The position numbers and the translations under genes are program-made. The notes below the pieces were generated by a model. It did not search any database and was not told the DNA's origin. It saw only the letters and a list, made by a program, of their open reading frames with translations. Positions 21,433 to 30,998 of a DNA stretch of 64,000 nucleotides are shown here, in pieces. The DNA lies in NCBI GenBank assembly GCA_028709805.1, contig JAQUTL010000014.1, positions 1,340 to 65,339 of the forward strand, read 5' to 3'. Each line of letters opens with the position of its first letter. The stretch's first letter is position 1. The stretch is from Victivallaceae bacterium (GTDB taxonomy: Bacteria > Verrucomicrobiota > Lentisphaeria > Victivallales > Victivallaceae).

Positions 21433-22260
21433 ATGACAGAATGGATCAACGAGCGCGGACACGGCTTCGGAATTTCAATCGAGGTGGAACGGACTCTGTA
21501 TTCACACAAAAGCGAATATCAGCAGATCGACATCTATCAAACCTGCCACTACGGGCGCATGCTGGTGCTCGACGGCGTAATACAGTTGACCGAATTTGAC
21601 GAGGCCGGCTATCAGGAGATGTTGACCCACGTTCCGCTCTGCGCCCACCCCGCACCGGAAAAATTACTGGTGATCGGCGGCGGCGACGGCGGAGTGCTGC
21701 GCGAAGCGGCAAAACATAAATGCTTGAAAACTATCGATATATGCGAAATAGACAAAGCGGTGATCGCGGCGGCGAAACAATATCTGCCGTCGCTTTCACG
21801 CGGGTTTGACGATCCGCGCGTCCGCCTGCATATCGGAGACGGGGCGGCATTCGTCGCCGCGCATGAGAATGAATACGACGCGGTAATCGTGGATTCGTCC
21901 GACCCGGTCGGCCCGAACACACCGCTGTTCAACGCCGAATTTTACCGCGCCGTCAAACGGGCGCTGCGGCCGGGAGGAATTGTCGCCTCGCAGTCGGAAT
22001 CAATACAGCTTTTCCCCTCAGTGGTGAGCCGGCTGTGCGGTTTCTGCCGCGCCAACTTCAAAAACGCCGGCTACTATTATATGATCGTTCCAAGCTATCC
22101 GGGCGGCGGAATCGGCGGCTGCATCGCCTCGGACAGTGTTGATTTCACCCGTCCGGCGCGCACCGGAATCCCGGACTGCCGCTATTATTCGCCGCAGGTT
22201 CACACCGCCGCATTTGTCATGCCGGAATTTGCGCGGAAGTTTCTGGAGGAAATAAAATGA
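21433..22260 (+). CDS. speE: spermidine synthase
   Basis: ATG 21433 with AGGAG upstream. Motifs LDGVIQLTEFDE, LLVIGGGDGGVLRE and VDSSDPVGP are present. Confidence 0.9.
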   Translation: MTEWINERGHGFGISIEVERTLYSHKSEYQQIDIYQTCHYGRMLVLDGVIQLTEFDEAGYQEMLTHVPLCAHPAPEKLLVIGGGDGGVLREAAKHKCLKTIDICEIDKAVIAAAKQYLPSLSRGFDDPRVRLHIGDGAAFVAAHENEYDAVIVDSSDPVGPNTPLFNAEFYRAVKRALRPGGIVASQSESIQLFPSVVSRLCGFCRANFKNAGYYYMIVPSYPGGGIGGCIASDSVDFTRPARTGIPDCRYYSPQVHTAAFVMPEFARKFLEEIK

Positions 22261-22628
22261 AATTTCACTTTATACACTATAATTTCAATGTGCTCGACCT
22301 GAATAAAAGCCTGAAATTCTACGCCGACGCGCTCGGCCTGACCGAACAGCGCCGGATCGAAGACAAGGACGGCAGTTTTCTGATCGTCTATCTCGGCGAC
22401 GGCATGACTGATTTTCAGCTTGAACTCACCTGGCTGCGCGACCGCCGCGAACCGTACAATCTCGGCGACAATGAAATGCACCTGGCATTCCGGGTGGACG
22501 ACTTCGCCGCCGCCCAGGACAAACACCGTAAGATGGGCTGCATCTGCTACGAGAATCCGGCGATGGGCATCTATTTCATCAACGACCCGGACGGCTACTG
22601 GCTCGAAATCGTACCGGTGAGAAAGTAA
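22257..22628 (+). CDS. gloA: VOC-family protein / lactoylglutathione lyase
   Basis: 123 aa with a glyoxalase-I-like fold signature (HYNFNVLDLNKSLKFYADALGL, HLAFRVDD, DPDGYWLEIV). ATGA overlap with speE. Confidence 0.7.
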   Translation: MKFHFIHYNFNVLDLNKSLKFYADALGLTEQRRIEDKDGSFLIVYLGDGMTDFQLELTWLRDRREPYNLGDNEMHLAFRVDDFAAAQDKHRKMGCICYENPAMGIYFINDPDGYWLEIVPVRK

Positions 22629-22637
22629 ACTCACGCC

Positions 22638-23585
22638 ATGGCGCTGCTGGAAGTTGAAAATCTCAAACTGTACTATCCGGTGCGCGGCGGACTGTTCGCT
22701 CAGCGTCAGTATGTCCGCGCGGTGGACGGCGTGTCCTTTGATCTTGAGGCGGGAGAGACCATCGGACTGGTCGGTGAATCCGGATGCGGCAAAAGTTCAC
22801 TCGGCCGCGCCGTGGTCCGGCTGGAAACGCCGACCGCCGGCAGAATCAGCATCGCCGGCTGCGACATCAGCACGCTTTCCGGCGCCCCGCTCCGACATCA
22901 GCGTAAAAACTTTCAGATGATTTTTCAGGACCCTTACGGCTCGCTGAATCCCCGGTTGACCATCTTCAGTTCACTCGACGAGGTTCTGGCACTGCATTCA
23001 AACCTTGACCGCGACGGCCGCCGCAAAAAGGCCGGCGAACTGCTGGAACTTGTCGGCCTCGAAGCCGGGTTGATGAACCGCTACCCCCATCAGTTTTCCG
23101 GCGGACAGCGGCAGCGCATCGGCATCGCCCGGGCGCTGGCCGCCGAGCCTAAACTGATTGTGGCCGACGAACCGGTGTCGGCGCTGGACGTCAGCGTTCA
23201 GGCCCAGATTATCAATCTGCTCGAAGACATTCAGCGCCGGACCGGCACGGCATTTCTGTTCATCGCCCACGATCTCGCGGTTGTCGAACATATCAGCCGC
23301 CGGATTATGGTCATGTATCTCGGCCAGATCGTCGAATCCGGACCGGCCGGAGAGGTGTGCGGCAATCCGCGCCATCCCTACACACGCGCGCTGCTTTCCG
23401 CCGTGCCGCGGGTGGACGGCAGCGGAAAAAAAAGGATCGTGCTTGCCGGTGACGTGCCGTCGCCGCTGTCGCCTCCGGACGGATGCACGTTTCACCCCCG
23501 CTGCCCGCTGGCGAAGCCGGAATGCGCCCGGCAACGGCCCGATCTTACCGGCGATGCCCATAAGTGCGCCTGTTTCTTTGCTTAA
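22638..23585 (+). CDS. peptide/nickel-type ABC transporter ATP-binding protein (OppF/DppF-like), orphan
   Basis: Walker [10 protein letters not shown], signature FSGGQRQR, Walker [13 protein letters not shown] and the OppF-type C-terminal extension. There is no adjacent permease. Confidence 0.8.
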   Translation: MALLEVENLKLYYPVRGGLFAQRQYVRAVDGVSFDLEAGETIGLVGESGCGKSSLGRAVVRLETPTAGRISIAGCDISTLSGAPLRHQRKNFQMIFQDPYGSLNPRLTIFSSLDEVLALHSNLDRDGRRKKAGELLELVGLEAGLMNRYPHQFSGGQRQRIGIARALAAEPKLIVADEPVSALDVSVQAQIINLLEDIQRRTGTAFLFIAHDLAVVEHISRRIMVMYLGQIVESGPAGEVCGNPRHPYTRALLSAVPRVDGSGKKRIVLAGDVPSPLSPPDGCTFHPRCPLAKPECARQRPDLTGDAHKCACFFA

Positions 23586-23659
23586 ACTCTTGAATTTAAC
23601 GATTCACCGTGTATAGTATTAGGTTTTTGTGCAAACACCACATGAAAGGAAGCCGATCT

Positions 23660-24664
23660 ATGAGCAAAGCATACAATGTCGCAGTGGCCGGAGCGACCGG
23701 AGCCGTAGGCGTCGAAATGGTCAAGACGCTTGAGAAGCGCAACTTCCCGGTCAAAAATCTTAAACTTCTCGCCTCCAGCCGCTCGGCAGGCAAGACCATG
23801 AAATTCAAGGGCGAGGACATTGTCATCGAAGAACTCACCCATGACTCGTTCAAGGGCGTCGACATCGCGCTGTTCAGCGCCGGCGGCGACATCTCCCGCG
23901 AATTTGCCCGCTCGGTGGTCGATTCCGGCGCCGTGATGATCGACAACTCCAGCGCGTTCCGCATGCTCGATGACGTTCCGCTGGTGATTCCGGAAGTCAA
24001 TCCGGAAGACATCAAATGGCATAAGGGCATCATCGCCAATCCGAACTGCTCGACCATCATCATGCTGGTGGCGGTTGCACCGCTCCATCGCGCCAAACAT
24101 TTGAAACGGCTGGTCGCCGCCACCTATCAGGCCACCAGCGGCGCCGGCGCAAAAGGCATGGACGAGCTGATCGTGCAGACCAAACAGATACTCAACGGTG
24201 AACCGATCGCACCAAAGGCGTTCGCCCACCGCATCGCGTTCAACCTGATCCCGCATATCGACACTTTTCTCGACAACGGCTATACCAAGGAAGAGCTGAA
24301 GATGCTCAACGAAAGCCGCAAGATGCTGCACGATCCTGATTTACGGGTGTCCTGCACCTGCGTCCGCGTGCCGGTCATGCGCGCCCACTCCGAGTCGCTC
24401 AACCTTGAGTTTGCCGACGAGATCACGCCGGATGAGGCCCGCGCCATTCTGTCCGGCGCACCCGGCATCACCGTGGTGGACGATCCGGCCGCCAAACGCT
24501 ATCCGATGCCGGTAGACGCCACCGAGCAGTACAATGTTCTGGTCGGCCGCATCCGTCAGGACATCTCGCGCGACGACAAGCGCGGACTCGACATCTTCGT
24601 GGCCGGCGATCAGGTGCTGAAAGGCGCCGCGCTGAACGCCGTCCAGATTGCCGAACTGCTTTAA
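23660..24664 (+). CDS. asd: aspartate-semialdehyde dehydrogenase
   Basis: ATG 23660 (MSKAYNVAVAGATGAVG). Active-site context IANPNCSTI. About 335 aa. Confidence 0.95.
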   Translation: MSKAYNVAVAGATGAVGVEMVKTLEKRNFPVKNLKLLASSRSAGKTMKFKGEDIVIEELTHDSFKGVDIALFSAGGDISREFARSVVDSGAVMIDNSSAFRMLDDVPLVIPEVNPEDIKWHKGIIANPNCSTIIMLVAVAPLHRAKHLKRLVAATYQATSGAGAKGMDELIVQTKQILNGEPIAPKAFAHRIAFNLIPHIDTFLDNGYTKEELKMLNESRKMLHDPDLRVSCTCVRVPVMRAHSESLNLEFADEITPDEARAILSGAPGITVVDDPAAKRYPMPVDATEQYNVLVGRIRQDISRDDKRGLDIFVAGDQVLKGAALNAVQIAELL

Positions 24665-24685
24665 CCGTCCCGTTCAGAAAAAATG

Positions 24686-24719
24686 ATCCCGGCCGGAATA
24701 TTCCAGCCGGGATTTTTTA
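24686..24719 (+). terminator. intrinsic terminator after asd
   Basis: ATCCCGGC / GCCGGGAT stem with an inner GGAA/TTCC extension, followed by T6 (24713-24718). Confidence 0.8.
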
Positions 24720-24793
24720 TATATAACGCTCGGATTGCACCCGATTCCGCGTCCGCCACCGCATGTCATCAACCATCTTCCGTCAGACAGTCT

Positions 24794-24875
24794 GGGAATG
24801 CAGCGTCCGCAGAAAAAACAAAAGCGCACACGAGAACGCGGGAATGCAGCGTCCGCAGAAAAAACAAAAGCGCAC
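24794..24875. repeat. two identical 36-bp direct repeats, 46-bp period
   Basis: GGGAATGCAGCGTCCGCAGAAAAAACAAAAGCGCAC occurs at 24794-24829 and 24840-24875. The second copy supplies the U-tract and one arm of the rpsT-operon terminator. Confidence 0.9.
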
Positions 24876-24899
24876 CATCCGGATACCCGGACGTGCGCT
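24855..24899 (-). terminator. intrinsic terminator of the rpsT / bS22-like operon
   Basis: Hairpin at 24869-24899 (AGCGCAC..TCCGG ATAC CCGGA..GTGCGCT). On the minus strand it is followed by TTTGTTTTTT. Confidence 0.6.
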
Positions 24900-24924
24900 C
24901 CGTCAAAACATTCGGCCCGAAGGC

Positions 24925-25014
24925 TTACTTGTTCTTATGCCGCAAAGCCTTGAGCTGCTTCTTACGTTTATGCTTGGCAATCTTGCGACGACGCTTCTTT
25001 TTCAAATTACCCAT
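24925..25014 (-). CDS. 29-aa highly basic peptide, bS22-like (AURKAIP1/COX24-type) ribosomal protein; absent from the ORF track
   Basis: My hand translation of the minus strand gives ATG 25014...TAA 24925 = MGNLKKKRRRKIAKHKRKKQLKALRHKNK. The pattern KRRxK(I/M)AxHKRKKxLKxxRHKxK resembles bS22 of actinobacteria and Bacteroidota. It lies 25 nt downstream of rpsT on the same strand, upstream of the terminator. Confidence 0.65.
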   Translation of the reverse strand: MGNLKKKRRRKIAKHKRKKQLKALRHKNK

Positions 25015-25039
25015 TTCATCGACCCCGTATTTGTGTTGC

Positions 25040-25306
25040 TTACGCCTGAATGCCGTTCATAACCAGCATCAGCTGTGACTTCTTGTTGGAGGCCTTGTTG
25101 CCATGAATCACGCCAACCTTGGCCGCCTTGTCCAGCAAACTGCAGCACTCACGCAGCAGGGCGGACGCCTGCTCGGCATCTTTGGCGGCGACGGCCGCGC
25201 GGAATTTCTTCTCACTGGTCTTGATCGCGCTCTTTCTGGCGCGGTTGCGCATATTGGCAAGTTTGCTGGTGCCAATGCGCTTGATTGCTGACTTCAAATG
25301 TGCCAT
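25040..25306 (-). CDS. rpsT: 30S ribosomal protein S20
   Basis: 88 aa. MAHLKSAIKRIGTSKLANMRNRARKSAIKT is typical of S20. Confidence 0.9.
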   Translation of the reverse strand: MAHLKSAIKRIGTSKLANMRNRARKSAIKTSEKKFRAAVAAKDAEQASALLRECCSLLDKAAKVGVIHGNKASNKKSQLMLVMNGIQA

Positions 25307-25497
25307 TGTTTTCTTTCCTGATTGCTTTATGTTAAAACTAATTCAAATTCCAAAGTTACAGAACATTAAATTTGCCACAAGATTTGAAATATTCAAGTTT
25401 AAAGCGACAAAAAACGACAAAAAAAGTGCTTTTTGTTGAAAAAAGACAGATTATGCGCCGACACGAAAAAAAAAGAGACAAAACTGGGCTTCCACAC

Positions 25498-25525
25498 TTG
25501 ATAGTTCCCGTTTATTGTATATATT
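25498..25525 (+). promoter_or_regulatory. putative promoter of the nusA operon leader (TTGATA-N16-TATATT)
   Basis: TTGATA at 25498-25503 and TATATT at 25520-25525. Confidence 0.4.
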
Positions 25526-25551
25526 AACAACACAAGTGCAGAGGTTGTAAA

Positions 25552-25581
25552 GTGGGTAGCGCAATTGTACCCGCTTTTTTT
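25552..25581 (+). terminator. promoter-proximal intrinsic terminator in the nusA leader (attenuator or end of a roughly 50-nt sRNA)
   Basis: GTGGGTA / TACCCGC 7-bp stem with a 9-nt loop, then T7 (25575-25581). It lies about 50 nt after the putative -10 and 70 nt before the nusA ATG. Confidence 0.6.
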
Positions 25582-25650
25582 ATCCCGTGACAGGCTGCAT
25601 ATGAACGAGAAGAAGCGGACAGACAGAGAATAATCAAGGAGGATCAGATT

Positions 25651-26892
25651 ATGGCCAACATGCTCCTGGCAATGCTTCAAAATATTGAGCAGGAACGCGG
25701 AATAAGCCGCGAGCTCCTGGTTTCGGCGCTTGAAACGGCGATTCTTACCGCCGCCAGAAAAAGCATTCACCCGGCCAATCAGCTCAAGGTCAAGGTTGAT
25801 CCCGAAACCGGCAACATTCAGGCGTGGGCACTGCTTCAGGTGGTCGAGTCCAATCCGACCACGGATCAGCTGCTCTATACCCGGGCGGTCGAGAAATTTC
25901 CGGACGTCAAGGTCGGCGACGTGATTGAGTGGGAGGTTACGCCGCGCAACTTCGGGCGCATCGCCGCCTCGACCGCACGTCAGGCAATCTTTCAGCAGTT
26001 GCGTAAGGCGGAAAAAGAGATGGCGTCCGAAGAGTTCGCCGCCAACATAAACCAGATCATCACCGGAAAAGTCCGCCAGTTTGAAAGCGGCGGCATCGTG
26101 ATTGACTTTCAGAAAGCGCAAGGGCTGCTGCCGGCCAAGGAGAAGATCCCCGGCGAACAGTATATGACCGGCGACCTGATCAACGCGCTGCTGCTCAAAA
26201 TCGACACCGCCGGGTCAGGCCCGAGCCTTCTGGTCTCCAGATCCCATCCGGACTTTGTCCGCCGGCTCTTCGAGCGCGAAGTGGCCGAAATCCGCGACGG
26301 CGTTGTGAAGATCATGAACGTTGCGCGCGAAGCCGGCAGCCGCACCAAAATTTCGGTGGCAAGCTCCGACCCGCGCATCGACCCGGTGGGGTCGTGCGTC
26401 GGCATCCGAGGCAGCCGGGTCCGCGCCGTGACCGATGAACTGAACAACGAACGCATCGACATCGTTCCGTACGATCCGGACATTGTGAAATACTGCCTCA
26501 ATGCGCTCCAGCCGGCAAAGGCGCAGAGTGTGGAGGTCAACGAAGAGAAGCACGAACTTACCGTTCTGGTCAGCCCCGAGCAGAGCAAACTGGTATTCGG
26601 AAAAAAGGCGCAGAACGTCCGGCTCAGCTCAAAACTGCTGAACTGGAACATCACCATCCGCACAATCGGCGCGCCGCAGGAGGCCTTCGAGGAAAAAATC
26701 CAGAAGGCCACCCGCGAACTGTCCGAAAACTTCGGCGTTTCCGAAGCGTGCGCGGCAATTTTAATCAGCAACGGCTATATCACCGTGGACGGGCTGCGCG
26801 CCGCCGGACGGGATGCGGTAATGACGCTCGACGGCATTGACCGTGACGAACTCGCCGCGGCTTTCGACCGTCTTGAAGAAGCGGCGGAATGA
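25651..26892 (+). CDS. nusA: transcription termination/antitermination factor NusA
   Basis: N-terminal domain, S1 and two KH domains (GSRTKISVAS, DPVGSCVGIRGSRV). AAGGAGG lies upstream. Confidence 0.95.
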   Translation: MANMLLAMLQNIEQERGISRELLVSALETAILTAARKSIHPANQLKVKVDPETGNIQAWALLQVVESNPTTDQLLYTRAVEKFPDVKVGDVIEWEVTPRNFGRIAASTARQAIFQQLRKAEKEMASEEFAANINQIITGKVRQFESGGIVIDFQKAQGLLPAKEKIPGEQYMTGDLINALLLKIDTAGSGPSLLVSRSHPDFVRRLFEREVAEIRDGVVKIMNVAREAGSRTKISVASSDPRIDPVGSCVGIRGSRVRAVTDELNNERIDIVPYDPDIVKYCLNALQPAKAQSVEVNEEKHELTVLVSPEQSKLVFGKKAQNVRLSSKLLNWNITIRTIGAPQEAFEEKIQKATRELSENFGVSEACAAILISNGYITVDGLRAAGRDAVMTLDGIDRDELAAAFDRLEEAAE

Positions 26893-28889
26893 CTTTAAGG
26901 AGGTCTGTTTTGAAAAAATTGAAGGTAAAATCGCTCGCGGAGACCTACGGCGTGTCCCCCAAGACAATTCTTGAGGAACTTGCCGGTCAGGGCATCGAGC
27001 TGGACGACCCGGCGGCACTTATTCCGCCGGATATGACGGAATTGGTGGAAGACTATTTCTCCAACCTCTACCAGGCCCGTAAGCGCGAGAAAAAACCGGT
27101 CGCCGACGAAGCCGCCGAACAGGAAAACAAAATCAATCTCACCAGTCCGATCGTGGTGAAGGTGCTGGCGGAAGCGCTGGGCAAGCGCCCGAACATTGTG
27201 ATCAGCGACCTGATGAAGATGGGCGAACTGGCCAGCATCAATCAGGCGATCAGCGAGACGACCGCGAAAAAGCTCTGCAAACAGTACGGCATAACACTGG
27301 TCATCGCGCAGCCGGAGGAGAAGAAACCGTCCGCCGCGCCGAAAAATGACGTTTTTGTTGAAAATCCGGCCGATCTGCGCGACCGTCCGCCGATTGTGAC
27401 TTTCATGGGCCATGTCGACCACGGCAAGACTTCGCTGCAGGACGCGGTTCGCCACACCCATGTGGTCGACGGCGAGGCCGGCCGGATCACCCAGCATATC
27501 GGCGCCTCCACGGTCATCCACAAGAACAAGCCGATCACTTTCATCGACACCCCCGGACACGAGGCGTTCACCCAGATGCGTTCGCGCGGCGCCAACGTAA
27601 CCGACATTGTAGTGCTGGTGGTGGCGGCCAACGAAGGGTTTAAGCCGCAGACGGTCGAAGCAATGAATCACGCGCTGGCGGCGAAAGTGCCGATCATCGT
27701 GGCGGCCAATAAGATCGACCTGCCCGATGCCGACATCAACAAGGTCATGCTGAACATGCAGCAGAACAACCTGATGTGCGAGGCGTGGGGCGGTGAAGTC
27801 GGTGTGATTCCGGTTTCGGCCAAGACCGGCGCCGGCTTGAACGATCTGCTCGACCGCATTCTGCTTGAAAGCGAAATGATGGAGCTTAAGGGCAATCCGA
27901 AACATCCGGTGGACGCCGTGGTGCTGGAAGCCCAGCTTGAAAACGGCCTCGGGCCGACGGCGAGCGTCATGGTGCGCAACGGCACGCTGCGGCTGGGCGA
28001 CATCGCGCTGTGCGGCTCGTACAGCGGCAAAATACGGCTGCTGTTTGACGACAAGGGCAAGAAAATCAAGTCAGCCGGCCCCAGCACTCCGGTGCGGGTC
28101 ATCGGGTTGTCCGGCATTCCGGAAGCCGGCGCGTTTCTCACCGTCTGCAAGAGCGAAAAGGAGGCTCGTGAACTCGCCGCCGCCAACGAGGAAAAAGAGC
28201 GCAGCCGCACTTTGGCGGTGAACACCATCGCCAGCGCCGACGATCTGTTCAGCAAACTCAAGGAGCAGGAGCACAATTCACTTCAGCTCATCATAAAATC
28301 GGATGTCCGCGGGTCGGGCGAGGCGATTGAAGAGTCGCTCAAGAAACTGCCGTCGGAAAAAATCTCGGTGGAAGTGGTTATGAACAACGTCGGAGCGATC
28401 ACGGAGAATGACGTGATGCTGGCGGCGGCCTCCGGGGCGATCATTGTCGGCTTCCACGTCCGGGTCAATCCCGGAGTGAACGAGCTGGCGAAGAAGCAGA
28501 ACGTGGAGATACGGCTGTACAGCATCATCTATGAGCTGCTCGAAGACATCACCGACGCGCTGACCGGCAAACTCGCGCCGGAAAAACGCGAAAAAGAACT
28601 CGGCAAAGCCACAATTCTCCAGATATTCGAACTCCACAAGGGGCCGAAAGTCTGCGGCTGCATGGTGGAAAGCGGCGTGGTCAAAGTTGGCGCCAAGGCG
28701 CGGGTATTCCGGCATAAACACTTGATCTACAATGGTGAAGTTGCTTCGTTGCGGCGTTTTCAGGATGATGTTAAGGAGGTCAAGGTGGGGCTTGAGTGCG
28801 GCATCCGGCTTGACAACTTTGCCGACTTTGAAGAGGGCGACACTATCGACATCTACGAGATCGAGCTGAAAAAGCCGACGCTGGACTGA
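26889..28889 (+). CDS. infB: translation initiation factor IF-2 (short form)
   Basis: GTPase motifs [17 protein letters not shown] and NKID. ATG 26889 forms an ATGA overlap with the nusA stop. An alternative start is TTG 26910, 6 nt after AAGGAGG (26897-26903). Confidence 0.95.
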   Translation: MTLRRSVLKKLKVKSLAETYGVSPKTILEELAGQGIELDDPAALIPPDMTELVEDYFSNLYQARKREKKPVADEAAEQENKINLTSPIVVKVLAEALGKRPNIVISDLMKMGELASINQAISETTAKKLCKQYGITLVIAQPEEKKPSAAPKNDVFVENPADLRDRPPIVTFMGHVDHGKTSLQDAVRHTHVVDGEAGRITQHIGASTVIHKNKPITFIDTPGHEAFTQMRSRGANVTDIVVLVVAANEGFKPQTVEAMNHALAAKVPIIVAANKIDLPDADINKVMLNMQQNNLMCEAWGGEVGVIPVSAKTGAGLNDLLDRILLESEMMELKGNPKHPVDAVVLEAQLENGLGPTASVMVRNGTLRLGDIALCGSYSGKIRLLFDDKGKKIKSAGPSTPVRVIGLSGIPEAGAFLTVCKSEKEARELAAANEEKERSRTLAVNTIASADDLFSKLKEQEHNSLQLIIKSDVRGSGEAIEESLKKLPSEKISVEVVMNNVGAITENDVMLAAASGAIIVGFHVRVNPGVNELAKKQNVEIRLYSIIYELLEDITDALTGKLAPEKREKELGKATILQIFELHKGPKVCGCMVESGVVKVGAKARVFRHKHLIYNGEVASLRRFQDDVKEVKVGLECGIRLDNFADFEEGDTIDIYEIELKKPTLD

Positions 28890-28915
28890 CGGAACAACCG
28901 GACTGGAGGCTCCTT

Positions 28916-29287
28916 ATGGAAAAAGTGGACAGACTGGTTCGCGTCAACGAACTGATCAAGCGGGAGATTGCCGGATGTCTGGAATCCGGACGGCTGCTGA
29001 TGCCGGAAGGATCGCTGATATCGATCACCGAGGTAAAAAGCTCGGTTGATCTGCGCAGCGCCGAAGTTTTTTTCAGTGTTTTCGGCGGCGGAGACGCAGC
29101 GCCGATGACGGCGCTTCGTGCGCTGAACCGGCAGCGGATCGAACTTCAGGACGCCATCGGGCGCAACCTTAAATTCAAACACACTCCGAAACTGAAATTT
29201 ACGATTGACGATCGCATGGCCGAGGCCGACCGGGTTCTCCGGCTTCTCGACGGAACGGACAACAACAGTGAAAAACAGCAGAATTGA
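28916..29287 (+). CDS. rbfA: ribosome-binding factor A
   Basis: 123 aa RbfA-like (RVNELIKREIA, KFKHTPKLKF). GGAGG lies upstream. Confidence 0.9.
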   Translation: MEKVDRLVRVNELIKREIAGCLESGRLLMPEGSLISITEVKSSVDLRSAEVFFSVFGGGDAAPMTALRALNRQRIELQDAIGRNLKFKHTPKLKFTIDDRMAEADRVLRLLDGTDNNSEKQQN

Positions 29288-30254
29288 CATTGACCGGGCG
29301 GTTGAACTGCTCCGCGACGCCCGGCATATCGCCGTTTTCACCCACGAAAACCCGGACGGCGACGCCATCGGCTCGGCGGCCGGAATGACCGCGGCACTCA
29401 ACGCGTCCGGCCGGAAAGCCGAGCTGTTTTTGACGGCGATTCCACCGGAATCGTACCGCAGATTCGTCGGAGTCGCCTATCGCACCGAGCTGGCTCCGGA
29501 GGAGCTTATCGGGTTCGACCTGATTTTGCAGCTGGATACCGCCACCGAAAAACGGATTGCCGCGCCCTATGGAGTGAAACTGGACGACACGCTTCCGCTG
29601 CTGGCGGTGGATCATCACCCGGACAACACTGAATACGGACGCTGGAATTTAGTGGCGGAATCCGCCGCCACCAGCGTGATTGCACTGGAAATCGCGGAAA
29701 AACTTGTTGGAACAATACCGGTGGAGGCGGCTACGCTGTTTCTGCTGGGCATCGTCACCGATTCCGGCGGCTTCCGGTTTGACAATACCGACCCGGCCTG
29801 TCTGCGGGCCGCGGCCGGATTGATCGAACTGAACGCCGATTACCGCGGCATTGTCGATGCGGTGTTTTTCACCCGCAGTCTTGACCGGTTGAAGTTTGAA
29901 GCGGAACTGCTCAGCGACTGTCTCGATTTGCGCTGCGGCGGAAAACTCGCCATTGTGACGATACCGCCGGCGCTGATCGCCAAATACCATATTGACATGT
30001 CTTCGACCGAGGGGCTGGTCGATGTATTCCGGTCAATAAAAGGCGTGGAGACGGTGGCAATGCTGTATTACCGCAACGTCGGGTTGCTCAAAGTTTCGCT
30101 TCGCGCCCGCAATCCGCTCCGTCCGGTGGGGCCGATCGCCAGATCGTTCGGCGGCGGCGGCCACGAAATGGCGGCGGGATGCCTGATCGAAAACGGCGAC
30201 CCGATTGCCGTTGCAAAAAACATTACCGACCTTTTTGAAGGAAATCACAAATAG
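29268..30254 (+). CDS. nrnA: DHH/DHHA1 phosphoesterase, NrnA-like oligoribonuclease/pAp phosphatase
   Basis: Motifs HENPDGDAIGS, DHH (AVDHHPDN) and GGGH (FGGGGHEMAAG). The start is uncertain. GTG 29268 was chosen because the ORF-track start 29205 overlaps rbfA by 83 nt. Confidence 0.8.
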   Translation: MKNSRIDIDRAVELLRDARHIAVFTHENPDGDAIGSAAGMTAALNASGRKAELFLTAIPPESYRRFVGVAYRTELAPEELIGFDLILQLDTATEKRIAAPYGVKLDDTLPLLAVDHHPDNTEYGRWNLVAESAATSVIALEIAEKLVGTIPVEAATLFLLGIVTDSGGFRFDNTDPACLRAAAGLIELNADYRGIVDAVFFTRSLDRLKFEAELLSDCLDLRCGGKLAIVTIPPALIAKYHIDMSSTEGLVDVFRSIKGVETVAMLYYRNVGLLKVSLRARNPLRPVGPIARSFGGGGHEMAAGCLIENGDPIAVAKNITDLFEGNHK

Positions 30255-30257
30255 AAT

Positions 30258-30998
30258 ATGCGTTACAATCCAGCCAAACACCGGCTGCCGCCGTTTCCGG
30301 GATTCGGCATTCTGCTGGTGGACAAACCGGCGGAGTGGACCAGTTTTGACGTGGTCAACTGTCTGCGCGGCCGCTTCAATATCCCAAAAATCGGACACTG
30401 CGGCACGCTTGATCCCGCCGCCACCGGCCTCTTGGTGCTGGTGCTCGGCAAATTCACCACGCTCGCGTCAAAATTCTCCGGCGACAATAAAACGTATGAG
30501 GCGACGCTGCGCATCGGCGTCGCCACCGACAGTCAGGATATGACCGGAAATGTGATCGCGGAAAAACCGTGGGACAACATTACGCCGGAACAGGTGAAAG
30601 TGGCGCTGAAGGCGAAAATCGGAAAATCGCTCCAGCTTCCGCCAATGGTCTCGGCGGTGAAAAAAGACGGGAAAAAACTTTACGAGCTGGCCAGAAAAGG
30701 GCTGGAGGTGGAGCGCGACCCGCGCGAGATCGAAATTTTTTCCATGAAAGTAGGGTCAATAGAGCTGCCGCTGGCCGACTTCACCGTCGAATGTTCAAAA
30801 GGCACCTATGTGCGCACGCTGTGCGACGATGTCGGCCGCGACCTCGGTTGCGGCGGCGCGCTGGAAAAGCTGCGCCGGACGCGCTGCGGACGGTTTGAAC
30901 TGAAAGACGCTTTTCAGCTCGACGAATTGAAGGCCATGGAGCCGGAACAGCTTAATGACCGTCTGCATGAATTTCTGTTGAAACTCGGAGGTCTTTGA
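30258..30998 (+). CDS. truB: tRNA pseudouridine(55) synthase
   Basis: GILLVDKPAEWTSFDVV and the catalytic Asp motif GHCGTLDPAATGLLVL. Confidence 0.9.
   Translation: MRYNPAKHRLPPFPGFGILLVDKPAEWTSFDVVNCLRGRFNIPKIGHCGTLDPAATGLLVLVLGKFTTLASKFSGDNKTYEATLRIGVATDSQDMTGNVIAEKPWDNITPEQVKVALKAKIGKSLQLPPMVSAVKKDGKKLYELARKGLEVERDPREIEIFSMKVGSIELPLADFTVECSKGTYVRTLCDDVGRDLGCGGALEKLRRTRCGRFELKDAFQLDELKAMEPEQLNDRLHEFLLKLGGL

Noticed and set aside
24683-25078. Plus-strand ORFs of 72-131 aa between asd and rpsT.
   Set aside because: They cover two terminators, the 36-bp direct repeats and the antisense of the bS22-like gene and the rpsT 3-prime end. Their products are low-complexity Arg/Pro-rich sequences.
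26889-26912. Choice between the ATG 26889 and TTG 26910 starts for infB.
   Set aside because: This is not resolvable from sequence alone. ATG gives an ATGA overlap with nusA, and TTG has an ideal AAGGAGG 6 nt upstream. I kept the longer model and noted the alternative.
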